The notes below the pieces were generated by a model. The model had not been told where the DNA came from. It saw only the letters and a program-made list of their open reading frames with translations, and searched no databases. A program made the position numbers and the translations under genes. Below, one piece after another: positions 9,614 to 17,847 of a stretch of 29,293 nucleotides of DNA. The DNA lies in the IMG/VR virus record IMGVR_UViG_3300005805_005733, positions 1 to 29,293 of that record, one strand, 5' to 3'. The DNA is from a virus. Its lineage: Duplodnaviria > Caudoviricetes. The stretch's first letter is position 1. Each line of letters starts with the position of its first letter.

Positions 9614-10105
9614 TTAAGCTGCTTTTTTAGTTTTAGTGGAAACTTCTTCTTGCAACAATTGTGGCTCAAAGAACTTTAATTCATTACCAATTTCAATACG
9701 TTTTGGTTTCTTACTTTCTGGAATAACATTAATAAGACCAATACGTAGAACACCGTCTTTGAATTCTGAACTGTGAACTTCTACAGTATCAGCAATCGTA
9801 ATTGTTTTTGTGAAAGAACGTGCAGCAATTCCATGATATAGATATTGTGCTTGTCCCATATCTTCATGATTTTTGTTACCAATAATCTTCAACGAATTAT
9901 CTTGCCTTGTAATTTCAATTTCATCTTTTGAAAAACCAGCAACAGCAAGTTCCACAATATAACGATTGTCATCTACTTTGATGATGTTATGTGGTGGAAA
10001 TGTTGTTGGCTTAACTTCTGTATCTAGAAGTTTTTCAACATCACGAATAAAATTTTCAAAGCCAAGAGTTTGATGGAACAAAGGTCCAAATGAAATACGT
10101 GTCAT
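9614..10105 (-). CDS. Small heat shock protein Hsp20 (IbpA-like)
   Basis: FPPHNI, ELAVAGF, YLYHGIAARSF, DGVLRI alpha-crystallin motifs; KPKRIEI C-terminal motif. Confidence 0.95.
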   Translation of the reverse strand: MTRISFGPLFHQTLGFENFIRDVEKLLDTEVKPTTFPPHNIIKVDDNRYIVELAVAGFSKDEIEITRQDNSLKIIGNKNHEDMGQAQYLYHGIAARSFTKTITIADTVEVHSSEFKDGVLRIGLINVIPESKKPKRIEIGNELKFFEPQLLQEEVSTKTKKAA

Positions 10106-10111
10106 ATTTTT

Positions 10112-10159
10112 CTCCTTAATTAAGCAAGTTAAAATTTCGTGACCCCGAAGGCATCACGA
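10112..10159 (-). promoter_or_regulatory. ROSE-like RNA thermometer in the hsp20 5' UTR
   Basis: CUUGCUU-AAUU-AAGGAG pairs the SD with a bulged G (UUGCU motif), preceded by a UUCG-capped hairpin UCGUGAUGCC-UUCG-GGGUCACGA. Confidence 0.6.
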
Positions 10160-10336
10160 CTTATTCTTGTCAATAGTAAATGCTTCTCTATTCACAAGAT
10201 AAGTTCTTTGGGGATTACTTTCATTAAAGACCTGTATGAATTCATTCACACCCTCTTTAACTACATTATCATAATCCCTTGTATATACAATCTCTTTTGT
10301 ATATTTATTTATCAAACGAATTTTTTTGTCTTTCAT
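10154..10336 (-). CDS. Small hypothetical protein (likely start ATG 10336; the longer ORF start lies within the promoter)
   Basis: MKDKKIRLINKYTKE...; downstream of the promoter at 10361-10389. Confidence 0.65.
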   Translation of the reverse strand: MKDKKIRLINKYTKEIVYTRDYDNVVKEGVNEFIQVFNESNPQRTYLVNREAFTIDKNKS

Positions 10337-10360
10337 GATAACACCATAATGTTTTTCAAA

Positions 10361-10389
10361 ATTATACAATAATATTTATATTATGTCAA
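10361..10389 (-). promoter_or_regulatory. Consensus sigma70 promoter with a T4 late promoter nested in its spacer
   Basis: TTGACA(10384-89)-N17-TATAAT(10361-66); TATAAATA at 10373-10380. Confidence 0.8.
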
Positions 10390-10398
10390 GAGTTTTTT

Positions 10399-10800
10399 TT
10401 AAATCTTTTCTTTTTTACCTATATTGTATTTTGGTATTAATTCCCAATCATCTTTTTCCTTAAAGGAAATAATCTTAATTTGATGTATGGGTGCTAAATT
10501 ATCTTCCATAACCTTTTTATTCATAATTTTTACTAATCCCCATTCTTCTAAAAGGTTGGCGATAGCATTACGTCTTTGTATATCATTCTCTGTAATGTTT
10601 GATGGCTTACCATCAAGTGCAAATAACTCTTTAAAGTGTACAATATAATACTTACCTTGTTTATGCAAGATGTGACATGACTGATAAAGAATTCTCTCTT
10701 TTCTTGATGATACTCCAATTCTTGTTAAGGTTTCTCTAACCTTTAGAAAATCATCTTGTTCTACCAATTGAACTTCTACGAATTTATTAATATCTACCAT
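10399..10800 (-). CDS. regA: RegA translational repressor
   Basis: DDFLKVRETLTRIG, LYQSCHILHKQG.YYIVHFKELF.LDG. Confidence 0.97.
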   Translation of the reverse strand: MVDINKFVEVQLVEQDDFLKVRETLTRIGVSSRKERILYQSCHILHKQGKYYIVHFKELFALDGKPSNITENDIQRRNAIANLLEEWGLVKIMNKKVMEDNLAPIHQIKIISFKEKDDWELIPKYNIGKKEKI

Positions 10801-10801
10801 T

Positions 10802-11188
10802 TTATTTCCTCAATCCACCGGTTTCTATTTTTTGTTTTAGGACTTGGATTTGTTCTTTGCTTAGTAGACGAGAGATTTCTAAAGCCTTAGAATCGGAGAC
10901 ATTGAAGTAATGTTTAATACATTCTATATCTTCACTTTTTTCAGACTTAGCCCACTTCGCAAACGGTCTCTTTCTTGACCGTATGGTATTTAGTAAAAAA
11001 TCATTCTGAAGCTTTTTGTCAACAAAATGGCGGGTGTTCATCTCATTTGCAAACATAAGGCAGTCCATATGGTAGGACAGACTGCGGTTTGTCAGAAAAG
11101 GAGAATAGTCTTTCTCAGTAATTTCATCCACAATCAGATTCTTCTTACCTTGTAGAATCTGATTAACATAATCAAACGGACTCATCAA
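10802..11188 (-). CDS. gp62: Clamp loader small subunit (gp62)
   Basis: YSPFLTNRSLS, ANEMN, RKRPFAKWAK; directly upstream of regA. Confidence 0.92.
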   Translation of the reverse strand: MMSPFDYVNQILQGKKNLIVDEITEKDYSPFLTNRSLSYHMDCLMFANEMNTRHFVDKKLQNDFLLNTIRSRKRPFAKWAKSEKSEDIECIKHYFNVSDSKALEISRLLSKEQIQVLKQKIETGGLRK

Positions 11189-12351
11189 TAAAAACCCATC
11201 TTTTTCGTATTCTTTGGTGCTTTAATTTCATTATGAAATACTTCCGCCAAAGAATAAGTTCCGTTATCTTTCTTAATCAATTCAATGTTAAGTTTTTTAG
11301 AAATATTCTTAGCCTGTTCTTCAGTATAGTTATCGAAATGAAGAATGTCAAAGCAACGACCAGGACGAATCAAAGCAGAATCAATATCATCAATAGAGGG
11401 TAGGTTCGTAGAGAAAATTAGTTTCTTACCTTTTACACCAACAAGACCGTCACCAACATTCAAGAATCGATGCATCATTGTGTTACCTTCTTTTCTTGAG
11501 ATGATAAAATTATCAGCATCTTCAATAATCATAAAGTTGGCATCATCTTCTAGAAATCTAGCAAACACATAATCTTTTTCTAGAAGTTTTTCATCATAAG
11601 TAACGAGTGCATTTTTACCAGTATAGTGTAGCAGACCTCTAATGAAAGTTGTCTTACCTGTACCTGGTGGTCCAATCAAAAGCAAAATCGAAGCAGAAGA
11701 ATTCATATATCTATCATAATATTCTTCTACAGTTTCATCTTCTAGAAAAGGATACATTTCTGTTACTGGTAATTTTTCCGATGACAGTGGAATGCTCACT
11801 GAACTTCCATCACCAGAATACATCCACTCTATGTTAGATTTGGAAGTATTAAAATTCTTATGCAAAATGTTTTGATGAAATTTGACAAACTGTTCATCAC
11901 CATAGACTTTAACATCTACAGCATTTGAATTGACAGAATAATCAATAAAGCAATTGCTCATGTTATCAATAATCATACCTGCATCTGAACTAAATTCGAT
12001 AATTTGTAAATCTTTATATGATTCTCTAGAAAATTTTGTCCAAGACCTATGATCTGAAATGAAAGACTCCCTAAAGGTAATAGTACTTTTCTTTAAACGA
12101 GTTCTTTCATTAACAATTTTTGAAATGTAATGGTCGTTTAACGATACTCCACTCAAAAAGAATTCTGAACGATCTTCTACACCAGCAAGAGTTGTAATAT
12201 CATCGTCATTGCAATTCAAACCATCACTAAAATTTCTGTCCATGTGTTTTCTTTCACCTTGTTTTCTTTGACTGTGTTTTCTTTTATACTTAAACTTTCT
12301 TCCAATTCTTCTAAGTTTACTTGAAAAAGATGTAAAATCAGTATCTTCCAT
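11185..12351 (-). CDS. AAA+ ATPase
   Basis: GPPGTGKTT, IIEDAD, STN, second region of homology DSALIRPGRCFD. Confidence 0.9.
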   Translation of the reverse strand: MEDTDFTSFSSKLRRIGRKFKYKRKHSQRKQGERKHMDRNFSDGLNCNDDDITTLAGVEDRSEFFLSGVSLNDHYISKIVNERTRLKKSTITFRESFISDHRSWTKFSRESYKDLQIIEFSSDAGMIIDNMSNCFIDYSVNSNAVDVKVYGDEQFVKFHQNILHKNFNTSKSNIEWMYSGDGSSVSIPLSSEKLPVTEMYPFLEDETVEEYYDRYMNSSASILLLIGPPGTGKTTFIRGLLHYTGKNALVTYDEKLLEKDYVFARFLEDDANFMIIEDADNFIISRKEGNTMMHRFLNVGDGLVGVKGKKLIFSTNLPSIDDIDSALIRPGRCFDILHFDNYTEEQAKNISKKLNIELIKKDNGTYSLAEVFHNEIKAPKNTKKMGFY

Positions 12352-12352
12352 T

Positions 12353-12637
12353 TTATAACATCCGTATTAAACCAATAGTATCTATCGTAACAATCAACAA
12401 ATAGTTAGCAAGCATTCCAAACGATCTCCTGCTATAAGCAGCCCAAGAATAGATAACACAGCCAGTAATCCAAAAAGGATATAATACCAGAAGGGGAGGA
12501 TTTGGAACGGTAAGTGCCATAGTAAGACTACACCCAATACTGATAGCCCAAGCAATAAGCTCGGCAGCAAAGCGAGAAGGATAGGAATTAAAGTCGTCAC
12601 GTATCCATTTGAAAATAGCATTTGTTTCTCCATTCAT
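12353..12637 (-). CDS. Small 3-TM membrane protein
   Basis: 94 aa with three hydrophobic segments; overlaps the gp44 stop. Confidence 0.75.
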   Translation of the reverse strand: MNGETNAIFKWIRDDFNSYPSRFAAELIAWAISIGCSLTMALTVPNPPLLVLYPFWITGCVIYSWAAYSRRSFGMLANYLLIVTIDTIGLIRML

Positions 12638-13590
12638 ACAAACTCACATTCGACCATCAATTCAGTTAAACAAGCGACCATATTAATTTCCTGATCTGCA
12701 ACGAACGCTTGTTTGTATTGATAGTCAGCCAAAATCAATACTGCTTTAGGTATCGATGTAGGTTTCAATACATCATACATTGCATCATAGATTTTTCTAA
12801 ACAAGGTGTTACCATCAATTTCTGTAGTCGCAACCCACTTACGAATAGCACCAAAGTCCTTAGATGATATGTGTTTCACCAACTCTTTAGTTGAAACGTC
12901 ACCAATCTGTGCAAGAATACCAGTATCGATCTTTCCGAACTGTGAATATCTTTGCAGTTCGTTTATAACACGACGAAAATCTGGAAAATGTTTCTTGATT
13001 AATTCAGCGACAACTGACTTATCGAACTCAACTTTTTCACTTTGCAGAATCGACTCAATTCTCTTATGAAAGAGAGAAGCAAGTTTTACCTTCTCACCAT
13101 TCTTCAAACCAAAATCAATCACAGCACAACGACTGTGTAATGGTTCTATGATACGAGTTTTGTAATTACATGTGAAAATAAAAGAACAGTTACTAGCAAA
13201 CTCTTCAATAGCATTTCGCAATGCTGGTTGGGTTGAGTTTGGGTTTAGATAATCAGCTTCATCAATGATAATAACTTTTCTACCACCAGCAAAAGACATT
13301 GCTGAGGCATAGTGTTTTATCTTTGTTCTAAATGTATCGATACCTGATTCATCAGAACCATTGATTATCATGTAGTCGCAGCCGATCTCTTTGCACATTG
13401 CTTTGGCTACGGTCGTTTTGCCTACTCCTGCTCCACCACTCAACAGTAGGTTCGGAATAGTTTTCTGATTGACGTATTCTTGAAATGGTTTCTTTAAACG
13501 GTCGGGGAGAATACAATCCTCGACTGTTTGTGGTCTATAGGATTCTGTCCAGAGATATTGACTAGGGGTTTTCTCAATCATATTTTTCAC
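12634..13590 (-). CDS. gp44: Clamp loader large subunit (gp44, RFC-like)
   Basis: LW.E.YRP, GGAGVGKTT, INGSDE, IIDEAD, SRC, FPDFRR. Confidence 0.97.
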   Translation of the reverse strand: MKNMIEKTPSQYLWTESYRPQTVEDCILPDRLKKPFQEYVNQKTIPNLLLSGGAGVGKTTVAKAMCKEIGCDYMIINGSDESGIDTFRTKIKHYASAMSFAGGRKVIIIDEADYLNPNSTQPALRNAIEEFASNCSFIFTCNYKTRIIEPLHSRCAVIDFGLKNGEKVKLASLFHKRIESILQSEKVEFDKSVVAELIKKHFPDFRRVINELQRYSQFGKIDTGILAQIGDVSTKELVKHISSKDFGAIRKWVATTEIDGNTLFRKIYDAMYDVLKPTSIPKAVLILADYQYKQAFVADQEINMVACLTELMVECEFV

Positions 13591-13608
13591 TTTTAAATAA
13601 CAAAATAA

Positions 13609-13673
13609 TATAAATAGGTGTAGGTCACCGAGCGGGAACTCGCACCTACTCTAACATTGTAAAGGAATGTCAG
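13609..13673 (+). promoter_or_regulatory. T4 late promoter and structured leader of the GIY-YIG gene
   Basis: TATAAATA 13609-13616; hairpin GTAGGT..CGAG-CGGGAA-CTCG..ACCTAC; second hairpin ACATT-GTAAAGG-AATGT covering SD AAGGA. Confidence 0.75.
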
Positions 13674-13674
13674 C

Positions 13675-14238
13675 ATGATTATTTATCAGATAACCAACAC
13701 AATCACTAACGATATTTACGTTGGTAAAACCACTCAACCAAAGAAAAGATTTTACATTCATAAGTATAACGCAATCAACAACAAAAGTGCGGCACATATT
13801 CATCGTGCAATGAGGAAATATGGCATAGAAAACTTCCAATTTTCCGTAATAGAAAAAGTTGAAAAATCAGAACTACTCAATGAGCGTGAGATTTTCTGGA
13901 TAGAACAACTAAAACCAAAATATAACATGACAAAGGGCGGTGATGGCGGCGATACTTCAAATTCTCCAAATTATAAACTAGGTATAAAAAATAGAGATCA
14001 ATCTGGTAGTAAAAACGGTATGTATGGCAAAAAAAGGCCTGATACCGCAACTTATTTATTTGAGGCTAAAGACAAAATGATTAAAGCCAATAAATGTCCC
14101 GTTTCTTGCGAAGGTAAATTTTACGATTCGGTTGGCGAAGCGCAAAAAGCATATCCAGGAATTAGTATCAGAAAAAGATTAGATAGTGAAATTTATCCAA
14201 CCTTTTTCAGATTAAGACCTAAGACCACTAGAATTTAA
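13675..14238 (+). CDS. Free-standing GIY-YIG homing endonuclease (Seg-like) with NUMOD3-like motif
   Basis: IIYQITN..YVGKT, R, catalytic E (REIFWI), YNMTKGG, SGSKNGMYGKK; the only credible plus-strand gene, inserted between gp45 and gp44. Confidence 0.9.
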   Translation: MIIYQITNTITNDIYVGKTTQPKKRFYIHKYNAINNKSAAHIHRAMRKYGIENFQFSVIEKVEKSELLNEREIFWIEQLKPKYNMTKGGDGGDTSNSPNYKLGIKNRDQSGSKNGMYGKKRPDTATYLFEAKDKMIKANKCPVSCEGKFYDSVGEAQKAYPGISIRKRLDSEIYPTFFRLRPKTTRI

Positions 14239-14915
14239 GATTTTTCAAATTTGGAACCAGTTTCAGTTGTAATCCAATATTGAATATTTCTATTCTTGTT
14301 TTTGAAATGCGAGATTCCTTTTGAAGAAATAGAAACGTCATAAGAACCAGAAATAATTTTAAGATTCTCGGTTCTAAAGATCATCTTATACTTATTGCCA
14401 GTACCTTCTGCAATTTGAATAGAATTAGTGTGTGCAGAATCATTTTGCAAATCGAAAGTTGTAACACATAAATTTTCACCATCAGATTCGACAGCAACAT
14501 GCGGCGAAGAAAGTACAGCAGCTGTTCGCATAATCCAGTCGAAATCATCAGAGTTCAATGTGAATTTGATTTCAGGATCAGGAACAACAACATTCTTTTC
14601 TGGTGGAACAACAATCATATGTGGTTCACAAAAACGATATTTAATTTCACTTCTGCCTTTTAGACCAGAAATCAAAATATTCTTGTCTTTAAAGGAAAGA
14701 GTTGTATCATCTTTGTGTAACGAAATAACCGAAAGAAAATTATTCAGATCATATACACCGAAGTCAATTGGAAATTCTTCATCGACGGTAACCTCAGCCA
14801 TAATATTCTTTTGAGGTGAAACAGTTTTAATTGTTTTACCTTGTTTGAAATAAATGCCTTGATTGATTGTCGCAAAGTTTTTTAGTACACTGATTGTATC
14901 ATTTGAAAGTTTCAT
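14235..14915 (-). CDS. gp45: Sliding clamp (gp45)
   Basis: MKLS..T..VLKNFA.INQ, FGVYDLNNFL, YWI..E. Confidence 0.96.
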   Translation of the reverse strand: MKLSNDTISVLKNFATINQGIYFKQGKTIKTVSPQKNIMAEVTVDEEFPIDFGVYDLNNFLSVISLHKDDTTLSFKDKNILISGLKGRSEIKYRFCEPHMIVVPPEKNVVVPDPEIKFTLNSDDFDWIMRTAAVLSSPHVAVESDGENLCVTTFDLQNDSAHTNSIQIAEGTGNKYKMIFRTENLKIISGSYDVSISSKGISHFKNKNRNIQYWITTETGSKFEKS

Positions 14916-14935
14916 TGTCTACTCCATAATTAAGT

Positions 14936-15271
14936 TTATTCATCAACAGAATACATTATATCATGTTCATATAGAAACATGAGGCAACAAAGCGCATGAG
15001 CTAAGTGGTGTTTACCAGATTCAGGATCATCTTTCTCACCTTCTTTCCATGCCCAAATATGCCTTTGTAATGCATCGAAATATCTACGTTTAGAATCTGG
15101 CACATGTTTCCAATTATCAGGTTCATATTTTTCTGCACCAAAAGTTAATACATCAACTGTTGCTTTGAGAGCTTGTGGTGGAAGTAAACTATATTGTAGT
15201 TTACCTCCATCAAACTTACGACCACCGGTCGTTGCAGTTTGGCTTTTTATCACTTCTCTTGTGATTGCCAT
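14936..15271 (-). CDS. dATP/dGTP diphosphohydrolase-like protein (DUF5664 type)
   Basis: GRKFDGGK...LLP, GAEKY..DNW, ALQRH, DPESG.HHLAHA. Confidence 0.85.
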   Translation of the reverse strand: MAITREVIKSQTATTGGRKFDGGKLQYSLLPPQALKATVDVLTFGAEKYEPDNWKHVPDSKRRYFDALQRHIWAWKEGEKDDPESGKHHLAHALCCLMFLYEHDIMYSVDE

Positions 15272-16086
15272 TACAATTTTCCAGTTAGTTCGGCGACTTT
15301 TGGCATATTACCAGTAAATGCATACGTACCAATATGTTGTGTTTTCATCCAAGGACAGAGATAAATTTCTCCACCAATTTTACGCCAAAGTTGGCAAAAC
15401 ATATAATCTTCACTTAGATAACGATCTGATCCACCACCTGTTGCAGAATCTTTCGTATCAATGATAGTATCGAAGTAAGCATGAATGTAACGAGTACCAT
15501 CAAAGTGAGCTTGACCAATATGATCTGGTTTGTAACGAAGTTGCGGATATGATTTTTCAAGTTGTTCAAAAACATGGCGTTTAATCATCATAAAACCTGT
15601 TCCAATTTCCAAAACTTGGAGTGGTTCAGTAACCTGAAACTGTTGAGTGCCTTTTACAACATTGAATACATATTCACCAACTAATTGTTCCAATTCTCTT
15701 GGATCCATTTCTGTATGCTTACGAGCAGCATGTGCAATATTACCCCAGTTAATAGATTTTTTAGGATAAGGACCACCAATAACATCTTTATCGAGAGCCA
15801 TTAATGCTAAAACATCTTGTGGGTTGAAGTGAATGTCCGAATCGATAAACAACATATGTGTACAATCTGAACGAAGAAATTCATCTGTCAAATAATTTCG
15901 AGCTCGGGTGATTAGAGATTCGTTGAAGAGAAAGGAAAATTTAATGTCGATGCCATATCGCATCATCAATGTCTGCAAATCAAGGCAAGACTTTGCATAA
16001 AGGCCATGATTCATACCACCATACATTGGTGTAGCCACAAAAAGTTTATTCTTCTTCAATTCATCTAATTTAATTTGTATTTCCAT
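15271..16086 (-). CDS. GT-A fold glycosyltransferase-like protein
   Basis: VATPMYGG, ESLITRARN, FIDSD (DxD), GTGFM, SEDYMFC. Confidence 0.8.
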   Translation of the reverse strand: MEIQIKLDELKKNKLFVATPMYGGMNHGLYAKSCLDLQTLMMRYGIDIKFSFLFNESLITRARNYLTDEFLRSDCTHMLFIDSDIHFNPQDVLALMALDKDVIGGPYPKKSINWGNIAHAARKHTEMDPRELEQLVGEYVFNVVKGTQQFQVTEPLQVLEIGTGFMMIKRHVFEQLEKSYPQLRYKPDHIGQAHFDGTRYIHAYFDTIIDTKDSATGGGSDRYLSEDYMFCQLWRKIGGEIYLCPWMKTQHIGTYAFTGNMPKVAELTGKL

Positions 16087-16105
16087 AGTTTACCCATTGT
16101 ATAAT

Positions 16106-16138
16106 AAAAAAGAGAGGATACAAATATATATCCTCTCT
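16106..16138 (-). terminator. Rho-independent terminator after the HTH gene
   Basis: AGAGAGGATA-N8-TATCCTCTCT followed by a T-run on the minus strand. Confidence 0.8.
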
Positions 16139-16143
16139 ACATG

Positions 16144-16170
16144 AGATTTCTAAACTTTATTTAGAAATCT
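16144..16170. repeat. 11-bp inverted repeat at the HTH gene stop
   Basis: AGATTTCTAAA-CTTTA-TTTAGAAATCT. Confidence 0.7.
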
Positions 16171-16442
16171 TAGGCAAATGCGCGCTCTCCCTGAGCACGA
16201 ATTGCTGCAATACCTTCAGCGACCATACGCTTGGTAGGAGTACCAAGGCGGTAGAAGAAAACTTTCTCTCCGCTGCTGTTGTAACGGCTATTCAAGTAAA
16301 TAGCATGACCTTCATTGCGAAGATCGTTGATTGTTGCAGAAGGATTAGCAACACCAAACATTGACTGCATCTTAGCAGGGGTCAAAGTGTTGTAACCATC
16401 TTCTTTAGAAAGGTAAGCAAGAATTTTAGATTTAACTGACAT
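16170..16442 (-). CDS. Winged helix-turn-helix DNA-binding protein (likely start ATG 16442)
   Basis: KILAYL...LT..KMQSMFGVANPSATINDLRNEGH..Y wHTH pattern; SD GGAG at 16452-16455. Confidence 0.75.
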   Translation of the reverse strand: MSVKSKILAYLSKEDGYNTLTPAKMQSMFGVANPSATINDLRNEGHAIYLNSRYNSSGEKVFFYRLGTPTKRMVAEGIAAIRAQGERAFA

Positions 16443-16468
16443 AACAAAATACTCCATGTTTTAAAACA

Positions 16469-16513
16469 GGTTGCTTTGAAAAATTCATTTGAGAGGCAAC
16501 CGTTCTCTCAAAT
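16469..16513 (-). ncRNA. Predicted H-type pseudoknot in the 5' UTR of the HTH gene
   Basis: Stem 1 AUUUGAGAG/CUCUCAAAU; loop GGUUGC pairs with downstream GCAACC. Confidence 0.55.
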
Positions 16514-16522
16514 TATGTTAAT

Positions 16523-16551
16523 ATTATACTATAATACGTGTGTAGTGTCAA
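16523..16551 (-). promoter_or_regulatory. Consensus sigma70 early promoter
   Basis: TTGACA-N17-TATAAT. Confidence 0.85.
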
Positions 16552-16567
16552 GTGTTTTACAGGCAAA

Positions 16568-17758
16568 TTAGAAAGGAATTTCATCATTTACCGTAGGTGC
16601 AACATCTTCAATTGTTTGTGTCATAATAGTTTGGGTATTAGCACCCGCATCCACTTTTGTATAAAGGTCGCCGAAAGAAATTTTGGTATCTTCATCAAAA
16701 CGATTCAAGCACAAATTAATTGCCTTCATCTTATCACCAAAAACACCATAAGTTTTTGCGATATGCACAAGACGGCGAGTTGAAATCACTTCATCACAAC
16801 CACCTTCTACAAAAGTTTTGCGGATAATATCAGCCCACGTTACAAGTTTTTCAGCAAACTCTTTGTCTGCACGACCCGAAGATTCCAATTCCTTCTCAAC
16901 AATCTTGCGTTCAACTTTAACAGGAGGCCAATCTTGTTCCATAGTATTCAAGAAACGTTCAAGGAAAGCTTCGTTCAGAACATTCGTAAACATATAACGA
17001 CCATCTTCTGAACCTTTACCTTTTGTGTTAGCAGTAGCAACAACGGTAAAACCTTTTGCAGGAACAATTAGTTCATTTTTCTTTTTCAAAAGAAATGGTT
17101 TACCTTCAAGTACACGCTGCAGAGAGGAAAGATTTTGAGCACCATAGTCAACTTCATCAATACACAAAACTGCGCCTTGACGAGCCGCAACGGTTACAGG
17201 ACCATCACGCCATTCCATTTGACCATTAATTAGAATAAAGTTACCAAACAAATCACTTTCATCAGTTTCGGGCGTCATCGAAACGCACACAAACTTTCGA
17301 CCAAGTTTAGCACAAGCCTGTTCAACGGACATTGTTTTACCATTACCTGATTGACCTGTGATGAATATTGGATAGAAGTTTTCTGATTGAATGATTGAAA
17401 CTATATCTTCAAAGTTTCCGAAAGGGACATAATTTTTGTATTTTGTGGGTACAAGGTTTTCAATCTCAAGATCAGTTACGATGGAAGAAATCCTATTTGC
17501 GGATTTGTTTTCGTTTTTTGTCATAGGAATGATTTGAGCTTGCATATCTACAGTTTCTACTGTAGTAGTATTTTTAGTTACGGGTACTTTATAGACACCA
17601 CGTTTTATACGATTTTCTTCTTCATTGATATACCAATAAGGAATACCGATTTCTAGTTCTTCTGCAATTGATTTAATTTCATCAAGTGTTACAGTTTTGG
17701 CACCAGTTGATACCAAAGCATTTAGAAACTTTTGACGCTTTTCGTTACGACTACTCAT
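16568..17758 (-). CDS. CobS-like / MoxR-family AAA+ ATPase (likely start ATG 17758)
   Basis: GQSGNGKT, LCIDEVD, ATANTKGKG, EAFLERF, ISTRRL; SD GGAGA at 17766-17770. Confidence 0.9.
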   Translation of the reverse strand: MSSRNEKRQKFLNALVSTGAKTVTLDEIKSIAEELEIGIPYWYINEEENRIKRGVYKVPVTKNTTTVETVDMQAQIIPMTKNENKSANRISSIVTDLEIENLVPTKYKNYVPFGNFEDIVSIIQSENFYPIFITGQSGNGKTMSVEQACAKLGRKFVCVSMTPETDESDLFGNFILINGQMEWRDGPVTVAARQGAVLCIDEVDYGAQNLSSLQRVLEGKPFLLKKKNELIVPAKGFTVVATANTKGKGSEDGRYMFTNVLNEAFLERFLNTMEQDWPPVKVERKIVEKELESSGRADKEFAEKLVTWADIIRKTFVEGGCDEVISTRRLVHIAKTYGVFGDKMKAINLCLNRFDEDTKISFGDLYTKVDAGANTQTIMTQTIEDVAPTVNDEIPF

Positions 17759-17796
17759 AATATAATCTCCGTTAGGAACAATCAATTTATACCACC

Positions 17797-17824
17797 ATTA
17801 TAACACACTGACCAGAAAAGTCAA
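17797..17824 (-). promoter_or_regulatory. sigma70 promoter with extended -10
   Basis: TTGACT-N16-TATAAT with TGTG before the -10. Confidence 0.75.
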
Positions 17825-17847
17825 GCCAGTGTTGTTTCGGCACAACA

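Noticed and set aside
12394-12633. Alternative-frame 79-aa hydrophobic ORF
   Set aside because: Nested in the 94-aa ORF, which fits the operon junctions better.
13651-13839. 62-aa minus-strand ORF between gp45 and gp44
   Set aside because: Antisense shadow of the GIY-YIG gene.
13593-14238. TTAA target-site duplication around the GIY-YIG gene (transposon-like)
   Set aside because: TTAA is very frequent in this AT-rich DNA; no terminal inverted repeats or transposase.
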